Positions 31,358 through 41,162 of a DNA stretch of 64,000 nt are shown one piece after another. The position numbers and the translations under genes are program-made. The notes beneath the pieces were generated by a model. It was not told where the DNA came from. It made no database searches and saw only the letters and a program-made list of their open reading frames with translations. The first letter of the stretch is position 1, and each line of letters begins with the position of its first letter. This DNA comes from Candidatus Altarchaeum sp. (GTDB lineage Archaea > Altiarchaeota > Altiarchaeia > Altiarchaeales > Altiarchaeaceae): the NCBI GenBank assembly GCA_018260615.1, contig JAGWDQ010000053.1, forward strand, positions 10,898 to 74,897, read 5' to 3'.

Positions 31358-32020
31358 CTATATATGAGCGATTTCTTTTTCCATAAAATTAAAAATTTCT
31401 CCTGCAATTGCTATTTTACTACCTTTTACATGTCTAATTTCATCCTTACTTATCAAAAACACCTCTGCTTTATCACTTCCGAATTTACTCTTTGCCACAT
31501 CATTAGCAACAACCATATCTAAATTTTCAGCCCTTAATTTTTCAATCGCAGAATTTTTTAGGGCATCATCACTTACATCATATTCTGCTTTAAACGCAAC
31601 AACGAATACATCGGGAAATTTTTGTTTAGCTAATTTAACAAGCTTTTCTGTTGGCTTTAATTTTAGCAAAATTTCGCTGTTTGACTTTATCTTAAAATTT
31701 TTCCTTTCAACTGTCCAGTCGGAAATTGCAGCGGGACAAATAAAAATTTCGCAGTCGGAAATTTCGCTTAAAACCGCCTCTCTGAAATGAGCATAAGTAA
31801 TTGCATTAATAACTTTTTCAACTCCGTCTGTGTCTGAAATTTTTTTTATTGTTCTTTTTGTTAATGCACTTCCGGAACCATAAATAAATTTAACCGTATG
31901 TTTTCTCTTTATCGCTTCTTTAAGCAAAGCAATTCCCATCTTTCCCGAACTGTCATTTGAAATAAATCTTATTGCGTCAATATATTCCTTTGTTGCCCCT
32001 GCGGCGATTAAAATTTTCAT
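31358..32020 (-). CDS. coaB: Phosphopantothenate--cysteine ligase domain (stand-alone CoaB)
   Basis: AGATKEYIDAIRFISNDSSGKMG, AAISDW, VAFKAE, VVANDV; no CoaC flavoprotein domain; probable start MKILIA at 32020. Confidence 0.8.
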   Translation of the reverse strand: MKILIAAGATKEYIDAIRFISNDSSGKMGIALLKEAIKRKHTVKFIYGSGSALTKRTIKKISDTDGVEKVINAITYAHFREAVLSEISDCEIFICPAAISDWTVERKNFKIKSNSEILLKLKPTEKLVKLAKQKFPDVFVVAFKAEYDVSDDALKNSAIEKLRAENLDMVVANDVAKSKFGSDKAEVFLISKDEIRHVKGSKIAIAGEIFNFMEKEIAHI

Positions 32021-32153
32021 ATTAAATTTCGTAAAATAAATTTCCTTCAAAATTTTAAAAATAAATAGGAAATTTCAGCATGTGCAATTGCCTGTTTACT
32101 TATAACTTCTTTACTTCAAGAGTATGAGAGGTTATGTTGCTCTTGGAATACAT

Positions 32154-33725
32154 TTAAATGCGGGTAAGGATAGATACCACTTTGTTTGGTTTAAGATTAT
32201 TTTTTATGATGCGTCCTTTTACCGGGTGGGAAGATGCGTCTACTATCACGCTACCTGCTAAATTTTCTATGTCGCCTCTTTGCTCCCCGTAAAATTCTAT
32301 ATACCAAACATAGTGAGGAAGAAAAACAGAATTAATATCAACACCCGCTTCATAAAGCTTTTCTTTCATATATCGCGAGTCAACCAATAAAATACGATGA
32401 TACTTTAAATTTTTGTATATGTTTATCTCGTCGTTCTCTTTTTTAACAATATATTTATTAGTTTTGCCACTGCTCGTTTTTAAGATTACTTCATATTCTT
32501 TCTCATCAAGCTTTAGTTCAAGTGAGTTTTCATCTTTTATAACAGTTATAGTTTTACCATCATTGCTTTTTTTAATTTCCGCATTCCCCACCCAATCTAT
32601 TTTCAAATTCTTTATGAGATAATCTATGAATCGCTTACTATTGTTTCCCGGTATATCTGCCCAGTTAAACAAATACAAATTATCAGATACCATTTTATTT
32701 ATTGACTCCCCTGGAAAATACACCCTCTCAAATTCTATTGAAAAAAGAAATACTGATTTATCTTCTTCCCTTAATTTCTTCCCTAATTTTTCCTTTTCTA
32801 TTTTGACACTATATTTTTCTCCTTTTCCAAATGTCTCTTTAATATGATATCCCGAATCATCAAATATTATGTAGTTATCAACAACACCATTTTTCAAAGT
32901 ATGTCCACAAACAACTATCACATGATTTTTAAATGCTATGATACAGGGAATCCCGCTTTCAATGTAGGTATCAATATATTTTAGAACATTTTTAATGTCA
33001 CCATTTCCTATAACCCTGACAAAATATCCATTCTCTAATAATGAGATGGCCATATCTTGAATGGTAAGTTCCTTAACCGAAGGTATTTTTCTACCATACA
33101 TAGATGGTGGCGCTCTTGAAATTATTTTTTCTATTGTAGGAGGATTCATATTGTGCTTTATGTGCATTAATTCCGATATCATGTAAAGGTCTGCATGAGC
33201 ACATCGGGTAACGGCACCGTCTTGAGAAAAGAAAGGAAATGTTTCTATTTTTAAGTGTTTGTTTCCAATGTGTATGTTGTATTCTCCTGTTACCATGTAT
33301 AACTCTTCACCTTCTTTAATCTCATAGAAATCTTTATTTGGTTTTAGAACTATTTTTGAGATTACACATTGTGAAGGAAGAAGCAGCGGACGTAATGTGA
33401 AATACCCCTGGTAAGAACCAGAGTCAATTTCATTTATGTTATTTATATCTTCGGATATCAGATGGATTCTAAAAGCAAAAGGAGTGCTAAAATATACTGT
33501 TTTGCTATAATGTAACGCGTACAATTCCCTCCACTCTTTTTCAACATAAGGATACTCTAGTATATATGTCTTTGTTATTTCAGTAAATTTTCCCAATCGC
33601 CCTTTTATTCTTTCTACTAATTCATTTCCATCGTGAGAATTTTTCTCCAAATCAGAGATATGCTTATTATATGATAGTATTACATCCTTTAAATTTTTCC
33701 CTATTTCATAGTTTATAACATCCAA
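32154..33725 (-). CDS. Hypothetical protein with papain/C39-like Cys-His-Asp region and an inserted ~87-aa module
   Basis: TRCAHADL ... HVIVVCG ... IFDDSG spacing; YLFNW.DIPG ... NIY insert. Confidence 0.55.
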   Translation of the reverse strand: MDVINYEIGKNLKDVILSYNKHISDLEKNSHDGNELVERIKGRLGKFTEITKTYILEYPYVEKEWRELYALHYSKTVYFSTPFAFRIHLISEDINNINEIDSGSYQGYFTLRPLLLPSQCVISKIVLKPNKDFYEIKEGEELYMVTGEYNIHIGNKHLKIETFPFFSQDGAVTRCAHADLYMISELMHIKHNMNPPTIEKIISRAPPSMYGRKIPSVKELTIQDMAISLLENGYFVRVIGNGDIKNVLKYIDTYIESGIPCIIAFKNHVIVVCGHTLKNGVVDNYIIFDDSGYHIKETFGKGEKYSVKIEKEKLGKKLREEDKSVFLFSIEFERVYFPGESINKMVSDNLYLFNWADIPGNNSKRFIDYLIKNLKIDWVGNAEIKKSNDGKTITVIKDENSLELKLDEKEYEVILKTSSGKTNKYIVKKENDEINIYKNLKYHRILLVDSRYMKEKLYEAGVDINSVFLPHYVWYIEFYGEQRGDIENLAGSVIVDASSHPVKGRIIKNNLKPNKVVSILTRI

Positions 33726-33843
33726 TTTAATATCTCTTTAAAAATAGATTTGATATTTAAAAATAAAATCAACAAAACGAAATATCCTTTCCATAAAGAA
33801 TTCGGGACCTCTAAAAAGCCATAAGATGGGTCTTTTTAAACAA

Positions 33844-34002
33844 TTAAAACACATAATAAGTGGCTGCCCGGGTCCAACACTCAGCCTCTTTTCTCTCTCT
33901 TTCCCAACCCTCTTCTTGCGTTTCTTCCCAATTCGAATCCATTATTAAATCCTCGCATAATAAGTCCTTAACGGCATTCGTTTTTTTGTTTTTTATCTTC
34001 AT
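33844..34002 (-). CDS. Small hypothetical protein, 52 aa (not in the supplied ORF track)
   Basis: ATG to TAA open frame MKIKNKKTNAVKDLLCEDLIMDSNWEETQEEGWERERKEAECWTRAATYYVF; purine-rich coding-like composition in an AT-rich intergenic gap. Confidence 0.4.
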   Translation of the reverse strand: MKIKNKKTNAVKDLLCEDLIMDSNWEETQEEGWERERKEAECWTRAATYYVF

Positions 34003-34429
34003 TTTATTTTAGTAAATTTAAGTAAAAAGTTGATAAATTTACTATGATAGTAATTAGTTTTATAACTAATTAATTAGTGTTCATCCGCAAAGTATAAAAT
34101 TTTGAAAAAATTTTAACTTTTAAACGGTAATTTAAAAATCGCAAAGATTTTTAAAGATTAAAAACTTATAGTTTTTTAGTAATTATTATGTTTTTAACCT
34201 CGCTTATGCTCGGATATTTACTCATTTCATTCGTAAATGGCAAAAATTGTTCGTTTATGGATAGACACTAATTAAATTGGCTCTTATTTTTTAATTCGTG
34301 ATTTAGATAGTGAAATGACTTCGGATATATCGCTCCGGCAAAGATAAAAATAAGAGCCATTATTTTTAATGTGATATTAATTTATAATATTAATAATGTG
34401 AGCTTAATTTAAATTTTAACCAAATTTTT

Positions 34430-34837
34430 ATGGACGAATATGATTCAATGTTGGAAAGAGCAATGAATAAACTCCCCCGGATGGCATTAAGACACCAGAG
34501 ATTTGAAATTCCGAAAATATCCTCGTTTATAGAGGGGTCAAGAACTATAATAAAAAATTTAGGGGATGTGGCAAGCGTTTTGCATCGCCCTCAGGAGGAA
34601 ATTTTTACATTTTTGCTTAAAGAACTGGCATCAAGAGGAGATATAGAAAAAGGAAGGGCAATAATTGAAAGGCCTATGAAGGATGAGATGATAAACGATA
34701 AAATAAAAAAATACACGAATGAATTTGTATTGTGTAAGGAATGCGGAAAGCCGGACACGAAAATAGATGTAATTGAAGGACATACTGCTTTGAGATGTAT
34801 GGCATGCGGCGCGTGGAGATTTGTCAGAAAGATATAA
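34430..34837 (+). CDS. eif2b: Translation initiation factor aIF-2 beta subunit
   Basis: YDSMLERAM, RFEIP, TIIKN, zinc ribbon CKECGKPDT...CMACGA. Confidence 0.92.
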   Translation: MDEYDSMLERAMNKLPRMALRHQRFEIPKISSFIEGSRTIIKNLGDVASVLHRPQEEIFTFLLKELASRGDIEKGRAIIERPMKDEMINDKIKKYTNEFVLCKECGKPDTKIDVIEGHTALRCMACGAWRFVRKI

Positions 34838-34842
34838 AAAAA

Positions 34843-36027
34843 ATGGAAAATAATGCTAATGTTAATGGAGGAGTTAACTGGGGAAATATAAGCATTTCCG
34901 GAAGCGACATTTCCCGGATTTTGCAGGAGAATATTCTTTTACGGCTAGAAAACAAGAAATTAATAGAGGAAACAAACATTCTGGCTGCGGAGATTAAAAA
35001 ATTTAAAGATAATCCACAAAAATATCCTTTTCCCGTTGCTACTGTCAGAGATGTGCTTGAAGACGGAAGGATTATCGTTACGATAAATTTCGGGAGTGAA
35101 ATTGTTGTAACAAACGGAGCTGACAAAAAAGCAGAAATAACTGATAAAGTTGTGCTGGCAAATGATTTCGGAGCGATTACGGAAATTTTACCGAAGTCGC
35201 ATCAAATTTCACTTATGAATATGGATGAAAAGCCGAATGTAACTTATACGGATATAGGCGGGTTGCAGGAACAAAAAAGAGCGATAAAAGAGGTTGTTGA
35301 ACTGCCGCTGAAAAATCCGGAAATTTTCAGAAAAGTAGGGATAAGTCCTCCGAAAGGAATTTTGCTTTATGGTCCTCCCGGAACGGGAAAGACCATGCTT
35401 GCCAAAGCAGTAGCAAATGCCACGGATGCAAAATTTATAGAAGTTGTTGCTTCCGAACTGGCACAAAAATATCTCGGAGAAGGAGGCAAGTTAGTCAGGG
35501 AAATTTTCAGATATGCAAAAGAAAATGCTCCGGCCATAATATTCATCGACGAAATTGACGGAATTGCACATTCGCGCTCGGGCGAGGTGCAGGGTGCGGA
35601 CAGAGAGGTTCAGAGAACACTTACACAATTACTTGCGGAAATGGACGGATTTACGCCCCTGGACAGGGTCAAGGTTATAGGAGCAACAAACCGGCTGGAT
35701 ATAGTTGATGCCGCATTACTTCGTCCGGGAAGGTTTGACCGGCTTATTGAGATTCCTCTGTGTGATTACGAAGGAAGAAGGGAAATTTTTAAAATATACA
35801 TGAATAAGATGAATAGTCCTGATATAAACACCGATGAACTATCAAGGACGGAAAATTTAAGCGGTGCACAAATCAAAGGAATATGCACGGAAGCCGGACT
35901 GAACGCAATAAGACAGGGAAGGGACTTTGTTGTCCGGGATGATTTCGTAATTGCAATAGAAAAGGCAGAAAGCAGCAAAAAGACAAATGGGTTTGTCATT
36001 CCGGTTGTGCAGGAGTTGTATGTGTGA
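34843..36027 (+). CDS. pan: Proteasome-activating nucleotidase
   Basis: N-terminal coiled coil and OB region, YTDIGGL, GPPGTGKT, IFIDEID, RPGRFDR, C-terminal HbYX (LYV). Confidence 0.85.
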   Translation: MENNANVNGGVNWGNISISGSDISRILQENILLRLENKKLIEETNILAAEIKKFKDNPQKYPFPVATVRDVLEDGRIIVTINFGSEIVVTNGADKKAEITDKVVLANDFGAITEILPKSHQISLMNMDEKPNVTYTDIGGLQEQKRAIKEVVELPLKNPEIFRKVGISPPKGILLYGPPGTGKTMLAKAVANATDAKFIEVVASELAQKYLGEGGKLVREIFRYAKENAPAIIFIDEIDGIAHSRSGEVQGADREVQRTLTQLLAEMDGFTPLDRVKVIGATNRLDIVDAALLRPGRFDRLIEIPLCDYEGRREIFKIYMNKMNSPDINTDELSRTENLSGAQIKGICTEAGLNAIRQGRDFVVRDDFVIAIEKAESSKKTNGFVIPVVQELYV

Positions 36028-36071
36028 AATTTTTCCGTAAATTTAAATAAATTTTAAAATTTAATTCAGAG

Positions 36072-36473
36072 ATGGACGACGAAAGAAAAAACAGGTACGG
36101 GGACAAGATAAATTTTATAATAGAAAGGACTGAAGGCATCCCCAGGACAAATTTTGATGACGATATTATCCGGGATGCGGCATTTTATAAAATTCAAACC
36201 GCAATTGAATGTGTTACAGATATTGTCGCGATGCTCGTCAGAGATATGGGCAAAGATGTAGGTGATGATTATCATAATCTGGAGATACTGAAAGATAAGG
36301 ACATAATAGATGAAGAAATGTATGAGAAATTAAAAAAGTTAAACGGAATGAGAAATATAATTGTTCACAGATACAATAAGATAGAAGAAGATCTTATATT
36401 TAACAACATTGACGAAATAAGGAAAAATATTCTAAATTTTATTGAAATTGCTGAAAATGTTATCAACAGATAA
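36072..36473 (+). CDS. HEPN/DUF86 RNase toxin
   Basis: GMRNIIVHRY (RxxxxH) motif. Confidence 0.85.
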   Translation: MDDERKNRYGDKINFIIERTEGIPRTNFDDDIIRDAAFYKIQTAIECVTDIVAMLVRDMGKDVGDDYHNLEILKDKDIIDEEMYEKLKKLNGMRNIIVHRYNKIEEDLIFNNIDEIRKNILNFIEIAENVINR

Positions 36474-36885
36474 ATTGCCTGATGAAATAAAAAATGACTT
36501 AAAGGACTTAAGAACTTATGAGGTTATAATATATGGCAGTTATGTTAAAGAAAAGAGCATAAGAGATATTGATATTGCAGTAATAACAAAAATCAAAAAT
36601 AAAGATGAAAATTTAAAAATATGGTATGACCTTATAGGCAGGTTTCCTCCGCTCTACGACATAAAAATTTTTGAACTCTTACCTTTGACTATAAAAGCCA
36701 CAATAATCAACAATTACAAAGTAATATTTGGAAATTCGCCTGATATTTCAGAATATTTTTATTTTTACCGGAAATTGTGGGATGACCAGAAGCACAGAAT
36801 AGAGGAAAACAGGTTCAAAAGTTATAAAGACAAAATTTGTGCAATGGAAAGATGGAAAAAGTTGAGGACTGAAAGGTTTAAGTAA
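36457..36885 (+). CDS. Minimal nucleotidyltransferase (MNT) antitoxin
   Basis: YGSYV...RDIDIAV motif; overlaps the HEPN gene; probable start ATG 36457. Confidence 0.85.
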   Translation: MLSTDKLPDEIKNDLKDLRTYEVIIYGSYVKEKSIRDIDIAVITKIKNKDENLKIWYDLIGRFPPLYDIKIFELLPLTIKATIINNYKVIFGNSPDISEYFYFYRKLWDDQKHRIEENRFKSYKDKICAMERWKKLRTERFK

Positions 36886-36919
36886 ATTTAAATAAGTTAA
36901 AATAAAAATTTTAAGCAAA

Positions 36920-37312
36920 ATGAGGAGTATGAGTTTTTTTGGGCCGCCTGTATCACAAGGCAGATTAGTCAAAATGATGGTAGAAAAACTTTTAAATCTT
37001 CCGAAAGGAACTTCAGACATTAAAGGCAGTGCCATTGCGAATCTCGGAATAATTGGTGATGCGTGCACAACCCGTTATCTTACAGAAGCGTGGAATAAAG
37101 CAAAAAAGATTGCTGCGCGGGATTATCCTGACAGATTTATATTGGATAACAGAAGCACATTGCAATGGAAAGAAGAGGATGTAAAAATTTTAGACAAAAA
37201 TATTTCGCAGGCAAACTATAAAAAACTGAACGAACTGGCTGATAACGAAAATTTAAATGTTGATGAAATGGTTTCATTGTTAATCGGGAACTACAAAAAA
37301 GGCAGGAAATAA
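36920..37312 (+). CDS. Hypothetical protein
   Basis: 130-aa ATG ORF with normal codon style; no family recognised. Confidence 0.55.
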   Translation: MRSMSFFGPPVSQGRLVKMMVEKLLNLPKGTSDIKGSAIANLGIIGDACTTRYLTEAWNKAKKIAARDYPDRFILDNRSTLQWKEEDVKILDKNISQANYKKLNELADNENLNVDEMVSLLIGNYKKGRK

Positions 37313-37376
37313 ATGAATTTAAATTTCAAAATTTAATTATTTCTATAAGTTAAGAAAATCAAACAGAAAAATTTAA

Positions 37377-38780
37377 ATGGACAGAAAAATCATCGTGTTA
37401 AAATTCGGGGGATTTGCCGTTTCAACGGGAGAAAATATAAAGAAAATTTGCGAAATAGTCAAAAAAGAAAGAGAAAAACATAAGGTCGTTGTTACCGTAT
37501 CGGCACTATACGGAGTTACGGATAAACTCGTGGAAATTTCGGAAAAAATTTCAGACACTCCTGCAATAGCGGTTGAAGTTGCGGCAAAAAATTTTTATGA
37601 CGAAATACTCGCGCTGCACTATAAAACGGCGAAAGAGTGTATCGTAAATGAGAAAATTTTAACCGGAGTTATGGAAAAAATAAAGGCATTGCTTGAAAAA
37701 TTAAGAATTACTCTGATTGGTGTCGGATATTTAGAAGAAATTAATCCCAAATTTATGGATTATGTCATATCCTTCGGAGAAAAGATGTCGGTTTATGTCG
37801 TAAGCGGAGCATTGAATGATACAAATATTAAAGCGGTTCCATTGACGGGCTATGAGGCGGGAATTATTACCGACTCAAATTTTTCACACGCAAAACCGCT
37901 GCCAGTAATTAATGAAACAATAAGGAAAAATTTAATGCCCATAATAGAAGAAGATAGTGTTCCGGTCGTTGCGGGTTTTATTGCCGCGGATATAAAAGGA
38001 ACTGCAACAACCTTGGGAAGAGGCGGCTCCGATTATACTGCTGCATTACTTGCAAAGCATCTGAATGCCGTTGAGGTACAGATAATAAAAGATGTTGAAG
38101 GTGTATTATCAGCGGATCCGAAGATTACAAAAAATGCAAAACTTATAAGGCAGTTATCTTATGCCGAAGCAATGGATTTGGCATTATTCGGGGCAAAGGT
38201 TATGTATTCAAAGATGATAGAGCCGGCAATGGACGCAAAAATTCCCGTAAGGGTTAAAAGCATATTCATGCCGGATGACGAGGGAACGGTAATTGTTAAA
38301 AATGAAGAAATTATAGACAGGATAGTCAAAGCAGTTACGATGATGAAGGATGTTGCGGTGGTAAATATTAAAGGTGTCGGGATGGCAGAAACACCGGGAA
38401 TTATTGGAAAAATTTTTTCCGAACTGGGAAATAAAGGAATAAATATTATAATGGTATCCGGCTCTTCCGAATCAAATTTGTCAATAGTTGTAAAGAAAAG
38501 CAACGTTGAAAATACCCTGGAAATAATAAATCAGCTCTCAAACTCAGGGATAAGAAAGATTGAAGTAATGGAAGATGTCAGAATTATTGCTGTAATCGGT
38601 GCAGGTATGGCCGGGAGCAAAGGGGTTGCGGCAAAGCTCTTTAAAATAGTTGCGGACAATGATGCGAGCATAATTATGATTGCACAGGGCTCATCGGAAG
38701 TTAATATATCATTTGTTGTTGAAGAAAAATTTAGCGAGGATATTGTTAAGGCGATACATAGAGAATTTATTGAAAAATAA
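37377..38780 (+). CDS. lysC: Aspartate kinase
   Basis: VLKFGG, TTLGRGGSDYTA, DVEGVLSADP, two ACT domains. Confidence 0.95.
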   Translation: MDRKIIVLKFGGFAVSTGENIKKICEIVKKEREKHKVVVTVSALYGVTDKLVEISEKISDTPAIAVEVAAKNFYDEILALHYKTAKECIVNEKILTGVMEKIKALLEKLRITLIGVGYLEEINPKFMDYVISFGEKMSVYVVSGALNDTNIKAVPLTGYEAGIITDSNFSHAKPLPVINETIRKNLMPIIEEDSVPVVAGFIAADIKGTATTLGRGGSDYTAALLAKHLNAVEVQIIKDVEGVLSADPKITKNAKLIRQLSYAEAMDLALFGAKVMYSKMIEPAMDAKIPVRVKSIFMPDDEGTVIVKNEEIIDRIVKAVTMMKDVAVVNIKGVGMAETPGIIGKIFSELGNKGINIIMVSGSSESNLSIVVKKSNVENTLEIINQLSNSGIRKIEVMEDVRIIAVIGAGMAGSKGVAAKLFKIVADNDASIIMIAQGSSEVNISFVVEEKFSEDIVKAIHREFIEK

Positions 38781-38796
38781 AAAAATCAGAAGAATA

Positions 38797-39055
38797 CTCA
38801 CACAAAGTCACAAAGCCACCAGGTTACAAAATATAACTCCTCTGTGTCTCTGCGTCCTGGTGTGAGAGGACAATAAAATTAGAATACTACTCACACAAAG
38901 CCACAAAGCCACAGAGTATTTTAAAATCAAGAGATTTTAAAAGATTGAAAATCTCACAGATTTTCAGTATTTAAAAAATCTCACAGATTTTTTAAAGATT
39001 GAAATCTCAAAGTTTTCAGTATAACATCTTTTGTGTCTCTGTGTCTTGGTGTGAG
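38797..39055. repeat. Two tandem CTCACAC...GTGTGAG palindromes, the second with nested hairpin repeats
   Basis: Unit 1 at 38797-38866; unit 2 at 38890-39055 encloses aagattgaaaatctc..agattttcagtat units. Confidence 0.85.
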
Positions 39056-39117
39056 GAACTAATAAAAAACTTATACTTTATAGAATAGTAAAAAATAATA
39101 AAATATTCACACAAAGA

Positions 39118-39504
39118 ATGATGAATGAAAATGAAATTGGAAAAATTATAGTTAATGCAGCAGTTGAAATACATAAAGAATTTGGACCCGGACTACTTGA
39201 AACGGTTTATGAGGTCATGCTCGCGTATAAACTTGAAAAACAAGGATTATCAGTCAAGCGACAAGTATCCGTTCCGATAGAATATGAAGGAATGAAATTT
39301 GACGAAGCTTTCAGAGTGGATATTTTTGTTGAGAATAAGGTGCTCATTGAGTTAAAGTCAGTTGAAGTAGTCAATAAAGCACATAAGAAACAAGTTTTGA
39401 CTTATTTACGGTTGACAGGATGTAAGCTCGGATATCTGCTTAATTTTGGTGAGTTCTTGATGAAAGATGGAATATCAAGAATAATCAATGGAGAAATAAA
39501 TTAA
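39118..39504 (+). CDS. GxxExxY protein (PD-(D/E)xK nuclease superfamily)
   Basis: GPGLLETVY, FRVDIFVENKVLIELKSV, QVLTYL, GYLLNFG. Confidence 0.92.
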   Translation: MMNENEIGKIIVNAAVEIHKEFGPGLLETVYEVMLAYKLEKQGLSVKRQVSVPIEYEGMKFDEAFRVDIFVENKVLIELKSVEVVNKAHKKQVLTYLRLTGCKLGYLLNFGEFLMKDGISRIINGEIN

Positions 39505-39595
39505 ATATTTTTCACATCTTTGTGCCTTTGTGTCTCTGTGTGAGAATGTAATAAAACAAGAATCATAAAGTTTATAAAAAAATAAAAAACAAATT

Positions 39596-40639
39596 ATGGA
39601 AAATAATTCAAGAAAAAAGGAACACATAAGACATGCTTTACACGAAAATGTAGAACATGGAAGTGCCGGATTTGAAAAAATTTTGTTAAAGCATAAAGCA
39701 CTTCCCGAAATTGACTTTGACGAAATAAATTTGGAAACAAATTTTCTTGGAAAACAACTAAAATTTCCAATAATAATTGAAGCAATTACAGGCGGATTTG
39801 ACGAAGGGGGAAAAATCAATGAAATCCTTTCTGAAACTGCATCCGAATTCGGAATCGGATTTATGGTTGGAAGTCAAAGACCTATGCTTGAAAATTTCGC
39901 ATTAGCAGAGACATATAAAATTTTAAAACATCCTCCGCTCATTATCGGAAATATCGGTGCGGTTCAGCTAAATTACGGAATAACTTATGAAGATTGTATG
40001 AAAGCAATAAATTACATTAAGGCAGATGCTCTCGCTTTTCATCTGAATCCTTTGCAGGAATGTTTTCAGCCCGCAGGAAACAGAAATTTTAAAAATTTAA
40101 AGAAACAAATAAATGAAATTTCATCAAAGCTAAGAATTGCAGGGATAAAGGTTATCGTAAAAGAAGTAGGAGGGGGATTAAATTATGATGATGTCGCAAA
40201 TTTGGAGGTGGATTGTCTTGATGTTGCCGGTTTTGGCGGAACAAACTGGGCGATAATTGAAGGAAAAAGAGCTCCGAATAAGCCAGCAGGGACTTTTTAC
40301 AACTGGGGAATTCCGACCATTGAATCCGTCAAAAGCATTAGAGCTTTGAAAGACAAAAGAAATTTAGAGCTCGTTGCAAGCGGCGGGATACGGAATGGTA
40401 CTGATGCGGCAAAGTGCTTTGCATTAGGTGCTGATGTGAGCGGAATGGCTCTGCCGTTTTTAAGGGAAATTTATAAAGATGACGAAGGAAAAATTTCGGA
40501 CAGCATAAACAAAGAAATAGCAAAACAAAATTTAAGGAAATTTTTAAATAAATTTATTGAAGAGTTGAAGATTGCGTTATTTCTGACGGGAAGTAAGAAT
40601 ATTAAGGAGATAAAGGGAAAATATTCTGTAAAGGAATGA
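39596..40639 (+). CDS. fni: Type 2 isopentenyl-diphosphate delta-isomerase
   Basis: RKKEHI, AITGG, GSQR, HLNPLQE, VKEVG, AGFGGTNW, ASGGIRNG. Confidence 0.93.
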   Translation: MENNSRKKEHIRHALHENVEHGSAGFEKILLKHKALPEIDFDEINLETNFLGKQLKFPIIIEAITGGFDEGGKINEILSETASEFGIGFMVGSQRPMLENFALAETYKILKHPPLIIGNIGAVQLNYGITYEDCMKAINYIKADALAFHLNPLQECFQPAGNRNFKNLKKQINEISSKLRIAGIKVIVKEVGGGLNYDDVANLEVDCLDVAGFGGTNWAIIEGKRAPNKPAGTFYNWGIPTIESVKSIRALKDKRNLELVASGGIRNGTDAAKCFALGADVSGMALPFLREIYKDDEGKISDSINKEIAKQNLRKFLNKFIEELKIALFLTGSKNIKEIKGKYSVKE

Positions 40640-40680
40640 AACGGCTAAATTTAGCTAAATTTAAATAAATCAGAAGAATA

Positions 40681-40825
40681 CTCACACATACTGAAACCTT
40701 CGGTTTCAATCTTTAAAAAACTACAAGTTTTTTAAAAAGCCACAAAGCCACAGAGCAACATTGCCCTTTGTGTCTCCTTGTCTTGGTGTGAGAGAACAAT
40801 AAAACGAACTTTCCTGTACGATAAA
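40681..40825. repeat. Mosaic palindromic repeat plus the 33-bp motif in reverse orientation
   Basis: ctcacac..atactgaaaccttcggtttcaatcttt..ccacaaagccacagag..tttgtgtctccttgtcttggtgtgag followed by aataaaacgaactttcctgtacgataaa. Confidence 0.8.
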
Positions 40826-40874
40826 TAAATTTTTGTCCGGGTCATTTGGCAATCAGCCCGGTAAAATCCGGGTT

Positions 40875-41105
40875 TTATATGTATCCTTTTATGTTCTTAT
40901 GAGGAGGGAGTATTCCTGTAATGTTATTGCCTTCGGGTTCCGGTGATGAGGCATCGTCGCCTTCATAATCATCCTCTTCAATATCTTCATACATAGAATT
41001 CATCGCACTTTCTATATTGTCTAATTTTTCCTCAATATTCTTCAATTTTTTTCCAATTTCTTCAAATTTATTCAGAACCTTTTTTTGAAATTCTTCTTCT
41101 TTCAT
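40875..41105 (-). CDS. Small coiled-coil/acidic hypothetical protein
   Basis: 76-aa ATG ORF with heptad pattern followed by an acidic tail. Confidence 0.5.
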   Translation of the reverse strand: MKEEEFQKKVLNKFEEIGKKLKNIEEKLDNIESAMNSMYEDIEEDDYEGDDASSPEPEGNNITGILPPHKNIKGYI

Positions 41106-41162
41106 TTTTTTATAGTTTATTTGTAGTTTAAATTAAATTTAATAAAAATTCAGATATAAATT

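Noticed and set aside
30213-31360. Integrated element at tRNA-Ser
   Set aside because: No integrase and no duplicated tRNA 3' end found, so it is not called as a mobile element.
33845-33980. GC-richer intergenic stretch as 5S rRNA or RNase P RNA
   Set aside because: No recognisable 5S helices or RNase P P4 motifs; it reads better as a small ORF on the minus strand.
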